The notes beneath the pieces are model-generated. The model did no database searches. It was not told the DNA's origin and saw only the letters and a list, made by a program, of their open reading frames with translations. The position numbers and the translations under genes were made by a program. Below are positions 28,948 through 41,203 of a DNA stretch of 64,000 nucleotides, piece after piece. Source of the stretch: Mobula hypostoma (lineage: Eukaryota); contig NC_086097.1 in NCBI RefSeq assembly GCF_963921235.1, positions 131,442,001 to 131,506,000 of the forward strand, read 5' to 3'. Numbering within the stretch: the first letter of the stretch is position 1; each line of letters opens with the position of its first letter.

Positions 28948-30670
28948 TTGTGCGCTGCCAAAAGTGAGGCATCAAAGCTTAAACCCAACTTTAGACCCAA
29001 AGGTACATAATAAGTTTGTGTTAGGCTGGGTCCCTTTGCAGTGAGGCTGCTGTGAGTGCTCCCAGAAGGTAACCTCGAGGATGCCAACATCTAATGCTGA
29101 GGATACACAAAAGGTGGCCTCGCATTGATCCTGTACACTCTTGTAGAGTCAGTGGGAGAAGTTACATTCTTGTGTGATCCCCCAGTTAGTAAAGAGAGTC
29201 CTGATGTGTACATTTTTGACTTTGTAATTTCAAGTTTGCATTGTTGGCATAACTCATTCTGAATAGGCAAGAATCTAGATCAATGTTTCTCTTTAGTTCA
29301 AAGTTCAAAGTAACTTTTTTATCAAAATATGTATATGTCACCATATACTACTTTGAGATACATTTTTCTGCAGGCATTTACAGGAGAAAAAAGAAAGACA
29401 ATAGATTTTTTTAATGAAAAACTATACTGTACATGAACAAAGACTGACAATCAATGTGCAAATGAAGACAACCTGTACAAATGAAATTTATACTGAGAAT
29501 ATTAATCCTTGGAAGTCAGTTTGTAGATTGTAGAAACAGATCAAAATAGTGGTAAATGAAGTTATCCATGCCAGATCAGAAGTTTAATGGTTGTGGGGTG
29601 ATAACAGTTCCTGAACCTGGTGGTGTGGAACCTAAGGCAGAAGTCCTGATGTTGTAGTGAGAAGAGGGCATGGACTGGATGGCTGAGTATCAAAGATGCC
29701 CTCAAAATATATCTTTAATTCAAGATTCTAGATTCAAAAGTCAAGCTTATTTATCATTGAAACACACCGTGAAATAACCGTGTTTACATTTACAACCAAC
29801 ATATGCAAGGCAGCCTTGTGGTTTATATCTTCACTTTCTCTGATGAAAGACAACAACTAAATTGAAGTAACCTGAGTCCTCCACTCTCACAAGAAATATC
29901 CAAGAGAATGGATTGTACGGCAGTTTTGAAAATACCCACCCTCATTCAGGAAGTATAATGTATTGTTAGATTTCTAATGATTTATTTTAAATATTCTTGT
30001 TCTTTTCTATTCCCCCAAGTATTTTACATAAATTCCATTGATAGTAATTAGTATTCATGGCGAAACAACATGTTAGTGGGAAGACATCTTGCCTCAAAGG
30101 GCAAAATTTGCAATTGGGATCATTCTTATTATATCTTACTACATACAGATATGCACCCCATACTATTTCCACTGTGACTGATGGTCACCTGCCTTGCCAA
30201 TTATTCTACGAGTTTCTTCTCATGAGATGTCGTGCTGTTGGCGGGGAAAGTGCCCATCCCCTCTCTCCTTCTCTATTCACTGAAATCAGTGATGGACAAA
30301 TCCACCAATCCCAAAGGAAAAAGAAAAGACTTGAAAGTCACGGCTTTAGAATGAGAGCTGTCAAGTATTTGTTGGTAATCTTGTAAGAGTCATTTCTTTG
30401 ATTTGAGTATGTGTGTGGGGGCATACAGAAGAATTGGGGGGGGAGTTCAAGAGAGGAAAGGTACAGTGAGCAGGCAGTGGGGGTGTATTTTACTTCAATA
30501 TTCTAAATAAGCACATAGTCAACAAGGCAACATTGATATTACAATTAATACGTATTACAATGAAGGTGATACTTCTGACCTGTCTAAAATTTTGGTTGAT
30601 GTTACATTGATACAAATATTTCTTCCTTTATTGTAGGAGAATCTTTTCCACTCCACCTAGGTTGATTCAA

Positions 30671-30877
30671 GCAACACACATCAAAGTTGCTGGTGAACGC
30701 AGCAGGCCAGGCAGCATCTCTAGGAAGAGGTACAGTCGATGTTTCAGGCTGAGACCCTTCGTCAGGACTGAAACGTCGACTGTGCCTCTTCCTAGAGATG
30801 CTGCCTAGCCTGCTGCGTTCACCAGCAACTTTGATGTGTGTTGCTTGAAGTTCCAGCATCTGCAGAATTCCTGTTGT
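30671..30877. mobile_element. Penelope pseudo-LTR-only insertion forming a long inverted repeat
   Basis: Arms ~30666-30747 and 30768-30849 are near-perfect reverse complements; flanking direct repeat TAGGTTGATTCAA (30658-30670 and 30878-30890); sequence matches the Penelope 3' end at 63360-63455. Confidence 0.9.
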
Positions 30878-33284
30878 TAGGTTGATTCAACCCTTTTTTC
30901 CTCTTTCTGTGCTTGGCTAAACTCTGTCTCAGCCATCCATAGCAGGTTAACGCAGCTACAGATACTGTAGATCGTGCCAGAAATTGCTTAGAATCTTCAT
31001 AAAATAATAGCAATCTTTTGCTCAGGGTACGTACTGTCTAATGTAGTAATGCTTGAATCATATGCTTTGAAATTCAGTTCCATCATCTTCATAGTTCTGG
31101 TTGTAATTGCAAGGACAAATTTGTGGAAGATTGAGGGCTTTAGGGACAGTACGCTAGGGCTTATGGTGGGTTTTAAAATGTTCTTCAGATTGGGTCTAAA
31201 CACCGTTTATAATGAACCTGTTAACTAGGATAAAGTAATTTACATTAAAACACTCCTTAGATAAATGAAGTTAAGGATGATATTGGATGCTGGAAGTGGG
31301 TGATCAGGAGGGATAGGCCTGAGTTTAGGCAGGGTGTGAAGGTAATGTTTGAGCACAGGCTAAAGGAAACTTGGAACTCTCTTCACTGAAAATCTGTTGT
31401 TGCTGAGATGTTTGAAACTCACGTGCTGGGGGCAGCCCACAAATTTCGTCACACATTTGGACCCTTCGGAAGCAACTTAGCATTTGTGAAATTAGTTTAT
31501 ATCACATAGGATTAAGTTGTGCTCCAGTCAGTCAGGTGAAAAGGTCAAACATTTAGCTGTTTGGTCGAAGTCAATGTCTAATTTCTGTCGCATGTACAAG
31601 TTCACGTATGAGAAGTTTACATGCAGATGCATCACAGCTAGCAGATGCACAACGTTCACAAGGAAAACATAAATAATACAATAAAGAACATAATTAGAAC
31701 TAAAAAAAAAGTTCATTTTAGTGCAAAGTAGTCGAAGTACTCATAGTGTTGCTATAATGAGGTGGTGATTGGGATAGAGCAAGTTCGTTCAATAAGTGAA
31801 CAGCTGAAGGGAAGTAGATGTTCTTGAACCTGCCGAGGTGGAACTTCATGCTTCTGTACACAAGACAGCATGGCTTGGTTGATGGAGGTCTTAATAGTAG
31901 ATATTCCGTTATTGATGCAATAAGATACTAGTGATGGTGGGGAAGGATATGCTCATGATGCATTTGGCAAACTACATTACTTTCTGCAACTTAAGTTCCA
32001 GCACTTAAGAATTGCTGTGCTGAATCAAGATGCAACCAATCAGGGTACTTTAATGAGACGCTGTCTTCCTTGTGATTTCATCTGTATATCAGAGTATTAC
32101 ATACTATTCAACAAGGGAAGAGAAGTGGAAGTGAGACACAGGTCAGCCATGATCTCACTGAATTACAGAATAGCTTTGAAGGGCTGAGTGGTCTTTTCCT
32201 TAGTTCCTGAAGCCCACTTTTAATGCAGGAAGAGTATTCCAACAAGAACCTCTCAAGCAGAGGAGATTACCAAGTCTCTGCCCTTCTGTGATCCATTGTG
32301 GTTACATGTACTTTTAAAAAGAGCACCACCTTAATACCTCCACAGAATTGCGCTATAATTGGGATAATTTGTTAAATTGTGATTTCAGAAATGAAATTTA
32401 TGAGATAATTGATAATTTTGGTCATTTTTATGGCAGTAAATGTAGGTATCGATCGTAATACAGTTTTATTATATAATTGCATTTTATGGTACCTGCCTTT
32501 TATGGTGGAATAATGTATAATCATTAGATGATAATAAATGCTTGTTTTATTGACTGCCCAGACTAGTGTGATAGTGCGAAACAAATGTCAAGAATTGCGA
32601 TATCAAGAGACAAGGTCAAGTACCTAAAATAATCCTGAAATGTATAATTCACTCTGTAGTCAGTTATTGCTTTTACATAATGATTTAGCCCATTCAACAT
32701 CAATTTAGTAGAAAATAAATGAAGCTTTCCAATGGAGTGTGATATGAAGTACATTCATGCACACCCACTTAGTGCATTTTAAGAAATTATCTCCAGCAAT
32801 ATGCATGAAAGTGGAAAAAAAACATACAGATGTCATTAAAATGCTAATAGGACACCATTTATTAAAATTCACTGTGCTATGCAATTGACTTTTTGATTTT
32901 CATATTTTTATCTTATTATTCTGTTGGCTTATGCAAAGGAGAAAAGAATTTGCACTGACGACTTTAGAAATCTGATGACCAGGTCAGCTCTGGTTTCTTC
33001 TGGAAAACCTTTGGTTCCCAATTTTGCCGAGCCAAAGGCCCTTCCCTTTTTAATGTTTAATGTCCTTGACACTGCCGCTGTCAGAGTGCCTCCTGGGTTC
33101 ACCTCAGAAGCAATTTATGCTAGACCACTTAAAAGTTCAAACCATGCTATTAGACGGTAGCTGGCAAGGAAGTCCCAGTTTGTGTATCAATACATTGGGA
33201 TTGGGCAGGAAGCAATCAAAAGAGTGCTCGCTACTCCTTATTAATATGTGGTGGAACATTCCCAGAAATGATCAAGCACTGTGA

Positions 33285-33456
33285 ACATAGCTAGTACAGT
33301 GGCTATCTCACTATTCCAGTGATGCGAGTTCAATCCCGACCTCCGGTATTGTCCATGTGGAGTTTGCACATTCCCCCCAGGTTAATAGGCCATTATAAAT
33401 TGCACCGACTATGTACGTAATTGTTAGAATCTTTGGGGGGGAGTGAGTGAGTTACG
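33285..33456 (+). mobile_element. V-SINE (HE1-like) head; tail resumes at ~34374-34480 after a Rex1 insertion
   Basis: GAGTTCAATCCC B-box, TGTGGAGTTTGCACATTCCCCC V-domain start. Confidence 0.65.
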
Positions 33457-34373
33457 TAGACAGATAGATGCTTTATTGATCCCCAAGGAAATTACAATGT
33501 CACAATAGCATTACAAGTGCACAGATATAAATATTACAAGAGAAGTAGAAAGAATAAAAAATATAAGTTACCAGAAACAGTCTAACAGGAGGGGGTCATC
33601 ACTTCCCTGGTATAGGTTGACTCATCATAGAGCCTAATAGCCAAGGGTAAGAATGACCTCATATAACGCTCTTTGGAGCAGTGCAGTTATCTTAGTCTTT
33701 TACTAAAAGTGCTCCTCTGTTCAGCCAAGGTGGCATGAAGAGGATGAGAAACATTGTCCAGAATTGCCAAGATTTTCTGTAGGGCCCTTTGTTCTACCAC
33801 AGCCTCAAGTGAGTCCAGTTCGACTCCTATAACAGAGCCAGCCTTTTGGTATCACCCATGTTGATGCCATTGCCCTAGCACACCACCACATAGAAGATTG
33901 TACTGGCAACAACAGACTGGTAGAACATGTGACGGAGAGGCCTGCATACTCCAAAGGATCTCAGTCTCCTCATGAAGTAGAGGCGACTCTGGCCCTTCTT
34001 GTACACAGCCTCTGTGTTGGTGCTCCACTCAAATCTGTTATCCAGGTGCACCCCCAAGTACTTGTAGGTCCTCACCACATCCACGTCCTCAATATCAATA
34101 GTAACAGGGAGCAATGCAGGCTTTGTCTTCTTAAAGTCCATCAACATCTCCTTTGTCTTACTAATGTTGAGCTGCAGATGATTCAGCTTGCACTATTTGA
34201 TAAAGTCCTCCACCAGGGCCCTGTATTCATCCTCCCATCCTCCCATTATACACCCAACTATTGCTGAGTCATCAGAGAATTTCTGTAGAAGACATGACTC
34301 AGTGTTGTATCTAACATCTGGGATATACAGAGTAAACAGGCAGGGAGCCAATACAGTCCCTGTGGGGCTCCAG
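33457..34373 (-). mobile_element. Rex1/Babar LINE 3' fragment (RT C-terminal half)
   Basis: GTVLAPCLFTLY...LQKFSDDSAIVG...YKYLGVHLDN...KKGQSRLYFMRRLRSF; (CTAT)n tail. Confidence 0.92.
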
Positions 34374-34829
34374 TTCATGATAATACAAAATGGGATCAAT
34401 GCATCAATAAATCAATGGGACCCACTTACATAAGTGGGTGCTTGAGTGTGGGTTGAAAGGCTGCGTGATTCTATGACTCAGATACAGAACAGTATGAATA
34501 AACTGGATTAGTATACTGTTATGTCTTCATAAAAGCATAGAGACATAGCATATATCTAGAAGCTAATGGTTTATTTTCCAGACAGCACAGTTAAACTATT
34601 TACATGTTGAGACTTTAAATTGGTAGACTAAATGTCTGTGAAAGTGTTACACTGCTACAAAGCAGGTTCTCTGCATGACTTTTTGTCCAATAAGGTTACA
34701 GTATAAATACACGCAAAGATATACAAATAAAAATAAAAATTCCCACTGGGAGACCCACAACATATATCTCTTTTTGGGTAGTAAAATGCCCCAAGGCAAC
34801 CTGCAGCCATGTCATTACAAAAGCTCACA

Positions 34830-35430
34830 AAATGTTAGCATTTGCTGCATGTGGAATTAAATGCAAGAGTAGAAGTTCGGCTTCAATTTCATAGGACATT
34901 GGCAAGACCACATCTGGAGAAGAGTATTGGTCTCATTATTTAAGGAAGCATTGTAATAGGTTCTGAGATTTACTAGACAAATACCTGGAATGGACAGATT
35001 GGCTAATGAAGAAAGGCTGGACAGTCAAAGCTTTTACAGCAGGAATTTAGAAGAAGTGGAGAGAACCTGATTGAAACCTGTAAGATTTCAAAGGGCTTTG
35101 ACAAGTTGCAAGTGCAGACAATGCTTCCTCTTCTGGGAGAATTTACTGTCAGCAGCCTCTGCTTAAAAATAAGGACTTACTCATTTCAGACAAAAATACA
35201 GTAATGCAACCATTTTTCTCTCGGACATTTATAAATCTTTGAAACACTCTTCTGTGGAGGATAGTGACAGTGAAGTCTTTGATATCTTTAAGGCAGAGGT
35301 TGATAGATTCTTGGAAGGCGAAGTGTTGACAGGTAGGTGGATAGGAATGTAGGGTTGAGGTCATGGTCTTATTAAATGGTGGAGCAGCCTTAATGGGCCA
35401 AACAGTCTGCTCCCTCTCCTAAATTCATGT
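34830..35430 (+). mobile_element. Old CR1 3' fragment
   Basis: LARPHLE..., FTRQIPGM, ENLIETCKISKGFD remnants and CR1 3' UTR. Confidence 0.65.
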
Positions 35431-35639
35431 CCTCGCACAGCATTAACCCAAATTTGACAGATTGTAAGGATGTGTGTCTTTTGATCCTGAGATGACCTGA
35501 TATTTAGTGTCACCATGTGATTGAAGGTCAAAACCCGCAGGTCAGGTGGTTTGCTATTGTTTTCCATTGTCGCCCATATCAGGCAGGATGTAGGTTTGTT
35601 AAAGAGCCCCAGGAATTAAACTAGACTTATGATTTATAC

Positions 35640-36160
35640 AATGGAATCACAGAGCCATAGGGTCAAAAAACATGGATGTTGGCTTGCCCACATTTAACAA
35701 GATGTCCAGTTATCTGCATTTGGCTCATATCCCTTAATCTTTCCCTATGCATGTAACTGTCAAAGTGTCTTTTAAATTTTGTTATTATTCTGACAGCTTG
35801 TTCCACATACATGCTACCTCTGTGTGAAGTAGCTGCCCCTGAAGAAGGGTCACGGTCCAAAATAGTGACTGTTTTTCATTTTCATAGATGCTGCCTGGCC
35901 TGCTGATTTCCTGCAGCATTTTGTGTGTGTCGCCTCTCAGGTCTCTTTTAAATCTTTCACCCCTCACCTTAAACCTATGTCCTCTAATTTCTAATTTCCT
36001 TACCCTGGGAACAAGACTGTACATTTACCCTGTCTATGCTCTTCATGATTTTATATGCTTCATTAAGGTCACTCTCAGTCTCCTATGCTCGAAGGAATAA
36101 AATCCAAGCCTGCACATCCTCTTGGTCTAACTGAAGCACTGTTGTCCTGTCAACATTTCC
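35640..36160 (-). mobile_element. CR1 3' fragment containing a Penelope pseudo-LTR piece (35836-35935, +)
   Basis: IRGHRFKVRGERFKRDLRG on minus; insert cctgaagaagggtcacggtccaaaat...gatgctgcctggcctgctg. Confidence 0.75.
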
Positions 36161-37614
36161 GAATTACCACAGAAGCTAAAACAGACTTAGAGAAAAAAGA
36201 TCTGAGAGCAAAAAATCAGCTTGGTAATTAAAGAAGGACCAATGTTTAAAATACGACTTGAAGATCCCACAAGTTTTGAACTTAAAGTTGGCTCTGTACT
36301 GAATATAGACCTATGAGCTAAAGCAAACCAATGTTTTTTTGGCAGCAAAAATCAGTGTCGGAACTAACCACTTAGAAAGCCACAATTTACATCAGGGGCT
36401 TTAATGTCTTCAATAAAATGGTTGTACATGCTTAATAGTTGAAAATATTCAAAGAAACATTCGCAAACTCTTGACAATCCAGATCAACTCAGTGATTATT
36501 TTGTTTGTTGTTTTAATGGCAAAATAATGAAAACTACTGTGCAAAGTTGTCCACCCTATAAATGAAATGGAATGATGGTAGCTACTTGTCGTAATGCTCA
36601 GATCCTGCACATTGTCAGAATGTGGCAAATTATTAAATGAAGTCGGTGATGTTCGTGATAACATGTGCAGCCCATGCCAAGACCAGAGTTTGCTTCACCA
36701 GTGATGTAAGAAGCAGTACTGATAGGTGCAAAATACAACTTCTTCTTGTATGTTTTTCAAAGGAAATAGTGCTTTTACAAAGCTTTACATGGAAAGATTA
36801 ACTCCGAGAAATGCTTCTTTGTCCTGTTCTGAACAAAGTAGTCAAGCTTAGATACAAGTAGGAATTATATCAGAAACTGAGTATGATAAGAGAAAACCTG
36901 AAAGTCTAATTGTTGAGATAATAATTTGAGTGCCCTTTACCACATTGTATTGTGCATTGTACCAATGAATCACTCTAAACACGATCATGTGTCATCATTA
37001 ATATTAGCAAGAAGTTAGAGAACAAACAGACCAAGTTTCAAAGTGCTGCCTCATTAATAAACTATGGTCATTAAATGAAAGAAAAAAAGATAAACCTTTA
37101 TATTTCATCGTGGCAGGAGTCTTTAAATTCAATAATTATTTTCAGTTGCTCTTTATGACTGTGACTTATTTCCTTTATTTGCTACCATGATTTGGACAGA
37201 TGGACCTCACTAGATAATGGTGGGATTTTCAGTTTAGACATTAAAAAGTAAATCACTCATTCACATGAGTATGTTCCCATGGTGAGCCTTTGACAACAGA
37301 GGGCAAAGTGGTGTGACTGATGTAGGTAAATCCGAAATATTTTAAGCTCCAGCCCAAGATGTACAGGCTGTAGGTGTTGTGGTGCCTTGAAATCATGCAA
37401 TAATGTAAAGAGTTGAATTCACCCTATGCATTTACAAGAGGCAGATCAAAGTTGCAATCATTGACTCGTAATCAGCTGTTCTGTTGTTTCAGGTCAGTGA
37501 TCTTTCAGTCACTATCGGTCTTCTCTCTACAGATGCTGGCTGACCACTGAATAGTTCCGTCCTTTTCAGTTTTCATTTTAGATTTCTAACACTGGCACTT
37601 GCTTGTTTTCTGTG

Positions 37615-37815
37615 GTAACGTACTGAAAATGCTGGATGAGCTCAACAAGTCAGGCAGCATCTATGGAGAAGAATAAACAGTCGACCTTTTGGGGTGAAAT
37701 CCTTCATTGGGACTTGTTTGTTCTTCACCATTGATGCTGCCTGACCTGCTGAGTTCCTCTGGAATTTTGTGCGTTACTCTGGACTTCCAGATTCTGCAGA
37801 AACTCTTGTGTTTGA
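37615..37815. mobile_element. Older inverted-repeat Penelope pseudo-LTR pair
   Basis: gtaacg...aaaatgctgga...caggcagcatc followed by its complement gatgctgcctg...ttttgtgcgttac. Confidence 0.75.
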
Positions 37816-38159
37816 ATAACATTAGGAATAGTCCAAATGCACAATGGTGGCGCTTAATTCTTACCATGAATTTGCGTTTTGTACAGTTCATTGTTTATGT
37901 GAGCAGCTAAACTGGAAAAGAACACAAGAAACCAGGACACCAGGAGGAGGACAGGGTCAGTTGATCCCTCAAACCTGCCTTGTGATTCAATTAGATCATG
38001 GCTGGTCTGCTCCTGTTCTCAACTTCTCTTCTGCGCATGATCCCAAGAATGTTCAGTGTCCCAATCTATCAAAACGTTGTCTGCCTCTTCTTTCAACACT
38101 TCTATTGAGGCAGGCTCCACAGTTCCCCATGCTGTAGTCACATAAAATGTTTTTTAAGG

Positions 38160-38630
38160 CTGCACGGAGTGTTGTGCATAGTTCTGGATGTCACATTACA
38201 GAAAGTTAGAGAGGATGCAGAAAAGATTCATAAGGACTTTGCCTGGACTGGAGGGCTTGAGTTATACAGATTGGATAGGTTGGGCTGTTTTTCCTGGAGC
38301 AATGGCGGCTGAGTGGTGACATCATAGAGATATATAAAACTATGAGAGGCATATATAAGGTAGATAACCATTATCTGTTTCCCATGGTAGAGATAAATAA
38401 AGTTAAAGAGCATAGGTATACGGTGAGAGGGAGGAGGTTTAAAGGTGATCTGAAGGGTACGTTTTTCACATGGAGAGCAGTTGGTATCTGGAAGGAGCCA
38501 CTAGAGGAAGGTAGTAAGGGGCATATGAACAGGTTTTTGAATACTGGGGCCTACAGAACATGGGGAAAAAACATGATGGATAGCTTAGACACAGTGGGCC
38601 GAGGGGTCTGATTCTATGACTCTATGACTA
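38160..38630 (+). mobile_element. CR1 3' fragment
   Basis: ERMQKRF...LSGDIIEIYKTMRGIYKVD...; (ctatga)n tail. Confidence 0.8.
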
Positions 38631-39301
38631 ACTCTCGTGGGCAGAGAATCTCTGAGATTTGCCACCCTCTGAGAGAAGAAGTTTCCATATACCTCAGTTT
38701 TAAATGGCATTTTGTCCTGAAAGTCAACAGATCAAAATGAAAGGTGATCTTAGTGGTTTATAACCAAAAAAAGGCCCTCCCTTGGGATGTAATCAGTATC
38801 GTAATGTTTAAAAAATAATCATCCAACATGTGCACAGCAAGATCACACAAGAGTTTAATGCTTTTGACTGGCCCAGATCTATACTTAGAACAAGTGCCAT
38901 AGACAGGACTAACAGAGTGTTAGCAAGGTAGAAGCTGATGTCGGAGATGTGTTTCTAATGGTGACCCACTGACAATACAGCACTCACTCCTCCAGTCACA
39001 TGGGCATTAGTTTAGGCCGGGTCTCTGGTTCAATACTCATTTCCTCCCTCTGCGCATACATGGAGCAGATACAGAAAAAAACTGGAAAATTAGTAAATTG
39101 ATTTTTATGGCACATGTACCAAGGAACAATAATCTGCTAGCCACTCAGTACTGAGATGGTACAAGGGGAAAACAGTAATAGATCATATAGTAAAGTGTTA
39201 CAATTACAGAGAAAGTACATTCAGGTAGAAATTGTCCAAGGCCATGACAAGGTCAATTGTGAGGTCAAGAGTCCATCTTATTGTACAAGGGTGCTGCCAA
39301 T

Positions 39302-39606
39302 GAATATCTAATGAGGATGTCATGAACAGAGCAAACACAAAAAGAGAAATAATGTGTGAGATCATGAAAAAGCAACGTAACTTCATTGGACATGTGATTC
39401 GGAAAGAGGAGTTAGAATGCACGGTAATTATGGGGAAGATTGAAGGGAAGAAAGCAAGAGGAAGACAAAGACAAATGATGACGGAGACAGCAGTCAGAGA
39501 ACTGGAAATGAATACCAATGAATTGATCCACTTGACCCGAAACAGGAGTGTGTGGGCCATGGCAGTCAAAGCTCAAACTGGGCATGGCACCTGATGATGA
39601 TGATGA
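39302..39606 (+). mobile_element. RTE-clade LINE, 5'-truncated, young
   Basis: Open frame ISNEDVMNRANTKR...FIGHVIRK...GKIEGKKARGRQR...GHGT*; (TGA)n tail; 8-bp TSD CTGCCAAT (39294-39301 and 39607-39614). Confidence 0.9.
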
Positions 39607-40094
39607 CTGCCAATCGTCTTATAACAGTGGGACAGAAGCTGTGATTGAGTTTGGTGGTACATGATTTCAGGCCAGCTGAAGTTGCTAGCTCTTTGGTCCA
39701 GTGTAGGTCCAACCGGCAACTGTTGCACAGGTGGCTTAGATAAAGGGTCCTGTCCCTGCATAATCAGTGACCCACGTCAGCAGAAGGAAGAGCTTAATGG
39801 CAGAACTTTGCCTTCTGCCAAAGCTGTCATTGATTTTCAAACTTTCTGTATGGTGCTGGCACTTGGGACATCCCATTGGGAATGTATTGGTGTCACATTA
39901 TTGAAGTACTGTGGAAAAACTTGGTTTTGCATGCCATCTGTACAGATCATTTCACAAAATAAATGCATTGATGCATTACAAGGAAAAATGATAACAAAAT
40001 GCAGAATAAAGTGTGTGAGTTACAGAGAATGTGTCATCTTATAACAGTGGTATAGAAGCTTGCAGTTTGAGATTTGAATGTAAGAAACCTATGT

Positions 40095-40332
40095 TAACAC
40101 TCGGACCCGGATCTGGGCCGTACCCTCCAAATACCCGGACCTGCCTCTCAGTTTTTTTGCACTACCTTACTTTCCATTTTTCTATTTTCTATTTATGATT
40201 AACAATTTAAATTTTTAATATTTACTATCAATTTGTAATCCAGGGAGTAGGAAGCGCAGAATGAAATATCGCTGTGATGATTGTACGTTCTAGTATCAAT
40301 TGTTTGGCGATAATGAAGTATAAAGTATAAAA
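40095..40332 (+). mobile_element. 3' UTR of the same Rex1/Babar family as 45969-47216
   Basis: Near-identical to the reverse complement of ~45970-46245; (AAGTATA)n tail. Confidence 0.85.
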
Positions 40333-40344
40333 TAAGTACTTCAT

Positions 40345-40900
40345 TGCTGTCTCAGTAGAGCTGCCTTTAAGTTGAGATATCAAATCTAGGCCCTATACAG
40401 TCTCTCTTGTAGATACAGAGGATACCACGTCATCCTTCAGGAGAAGAGCAAATTAAGCATTTTTCTTTTTATTTTCATTTACAGATATGGCATGGTAACA
40501 GGCCCTCCTAGCCCAATGAATCTGCCCAATTACAACTACCTGACCAATTAAACTACTAATTGTACATTTTTGGTACGTAGGAGGAAACTGGAGCACATTA
40601 AGGAAATCCACGTAGTTTTGAAGAGAAAGTACAAACTCCTTATGGACAACGGCAGGAATTGAACCTGAGTTGCTGGCACTGTAAGACGTTACTCTAATCA
40701 CTGCACTACCGTTCTGAAGTATCCAGGATGACATGACCCATACTTATCCCTCATCTGTTATAATTAAAAAAGATCATTGGGGCGTTATCACATTCCTCGT
40801 TATGGTGACTTTCTGTACATAAATTGGGTGCCATTTCCCGAAATTTCAAAAATATTTATTTGGCTTTGGGATGTGAAAGACAGTATACAAATGAGAAGTT
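40345..40900 (+). mobile_element. Deu-SINE (SacSINE1/AmnSINE1-like) relic with a nested antisense V-SINE (~40465-40712)
   Basis: gctgcctttaagttgagatatcaaa...gaagagca and ttatccctca...cataaattgggtgcc resemble the Deu domain; nested SINE has B-box GGTTCAATTCC and V-domain on minus. Confidence 0.6.
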
Positions 40901-41203
40901 TGCCCTGTTTTCCATTCAGGGTCTGTTGAAAAATATAGAATAGCAAATGTATGAAAGTCTATGCTGTAATTGAGTCATCAATACTTTGCCGCTGAAATTT
41001 CAGCTTTGACTGGATGGAAATTGATAAATTGGTAAATTGGTTTCTTTTTGAAATTTGTACCAAGGTACAATGAAAAGTCGCAGGCCAGGCAGCATCTCTA
41101 GGAAGCGGTATAGTCGACGTTTCGGGACTGAGTTACTGGGACTTTGAACTGCTTCCAGGTGGTTTCCCAAAAGAAAGTTTCTTATCGTCATCAGAAACTA
41201 ATA

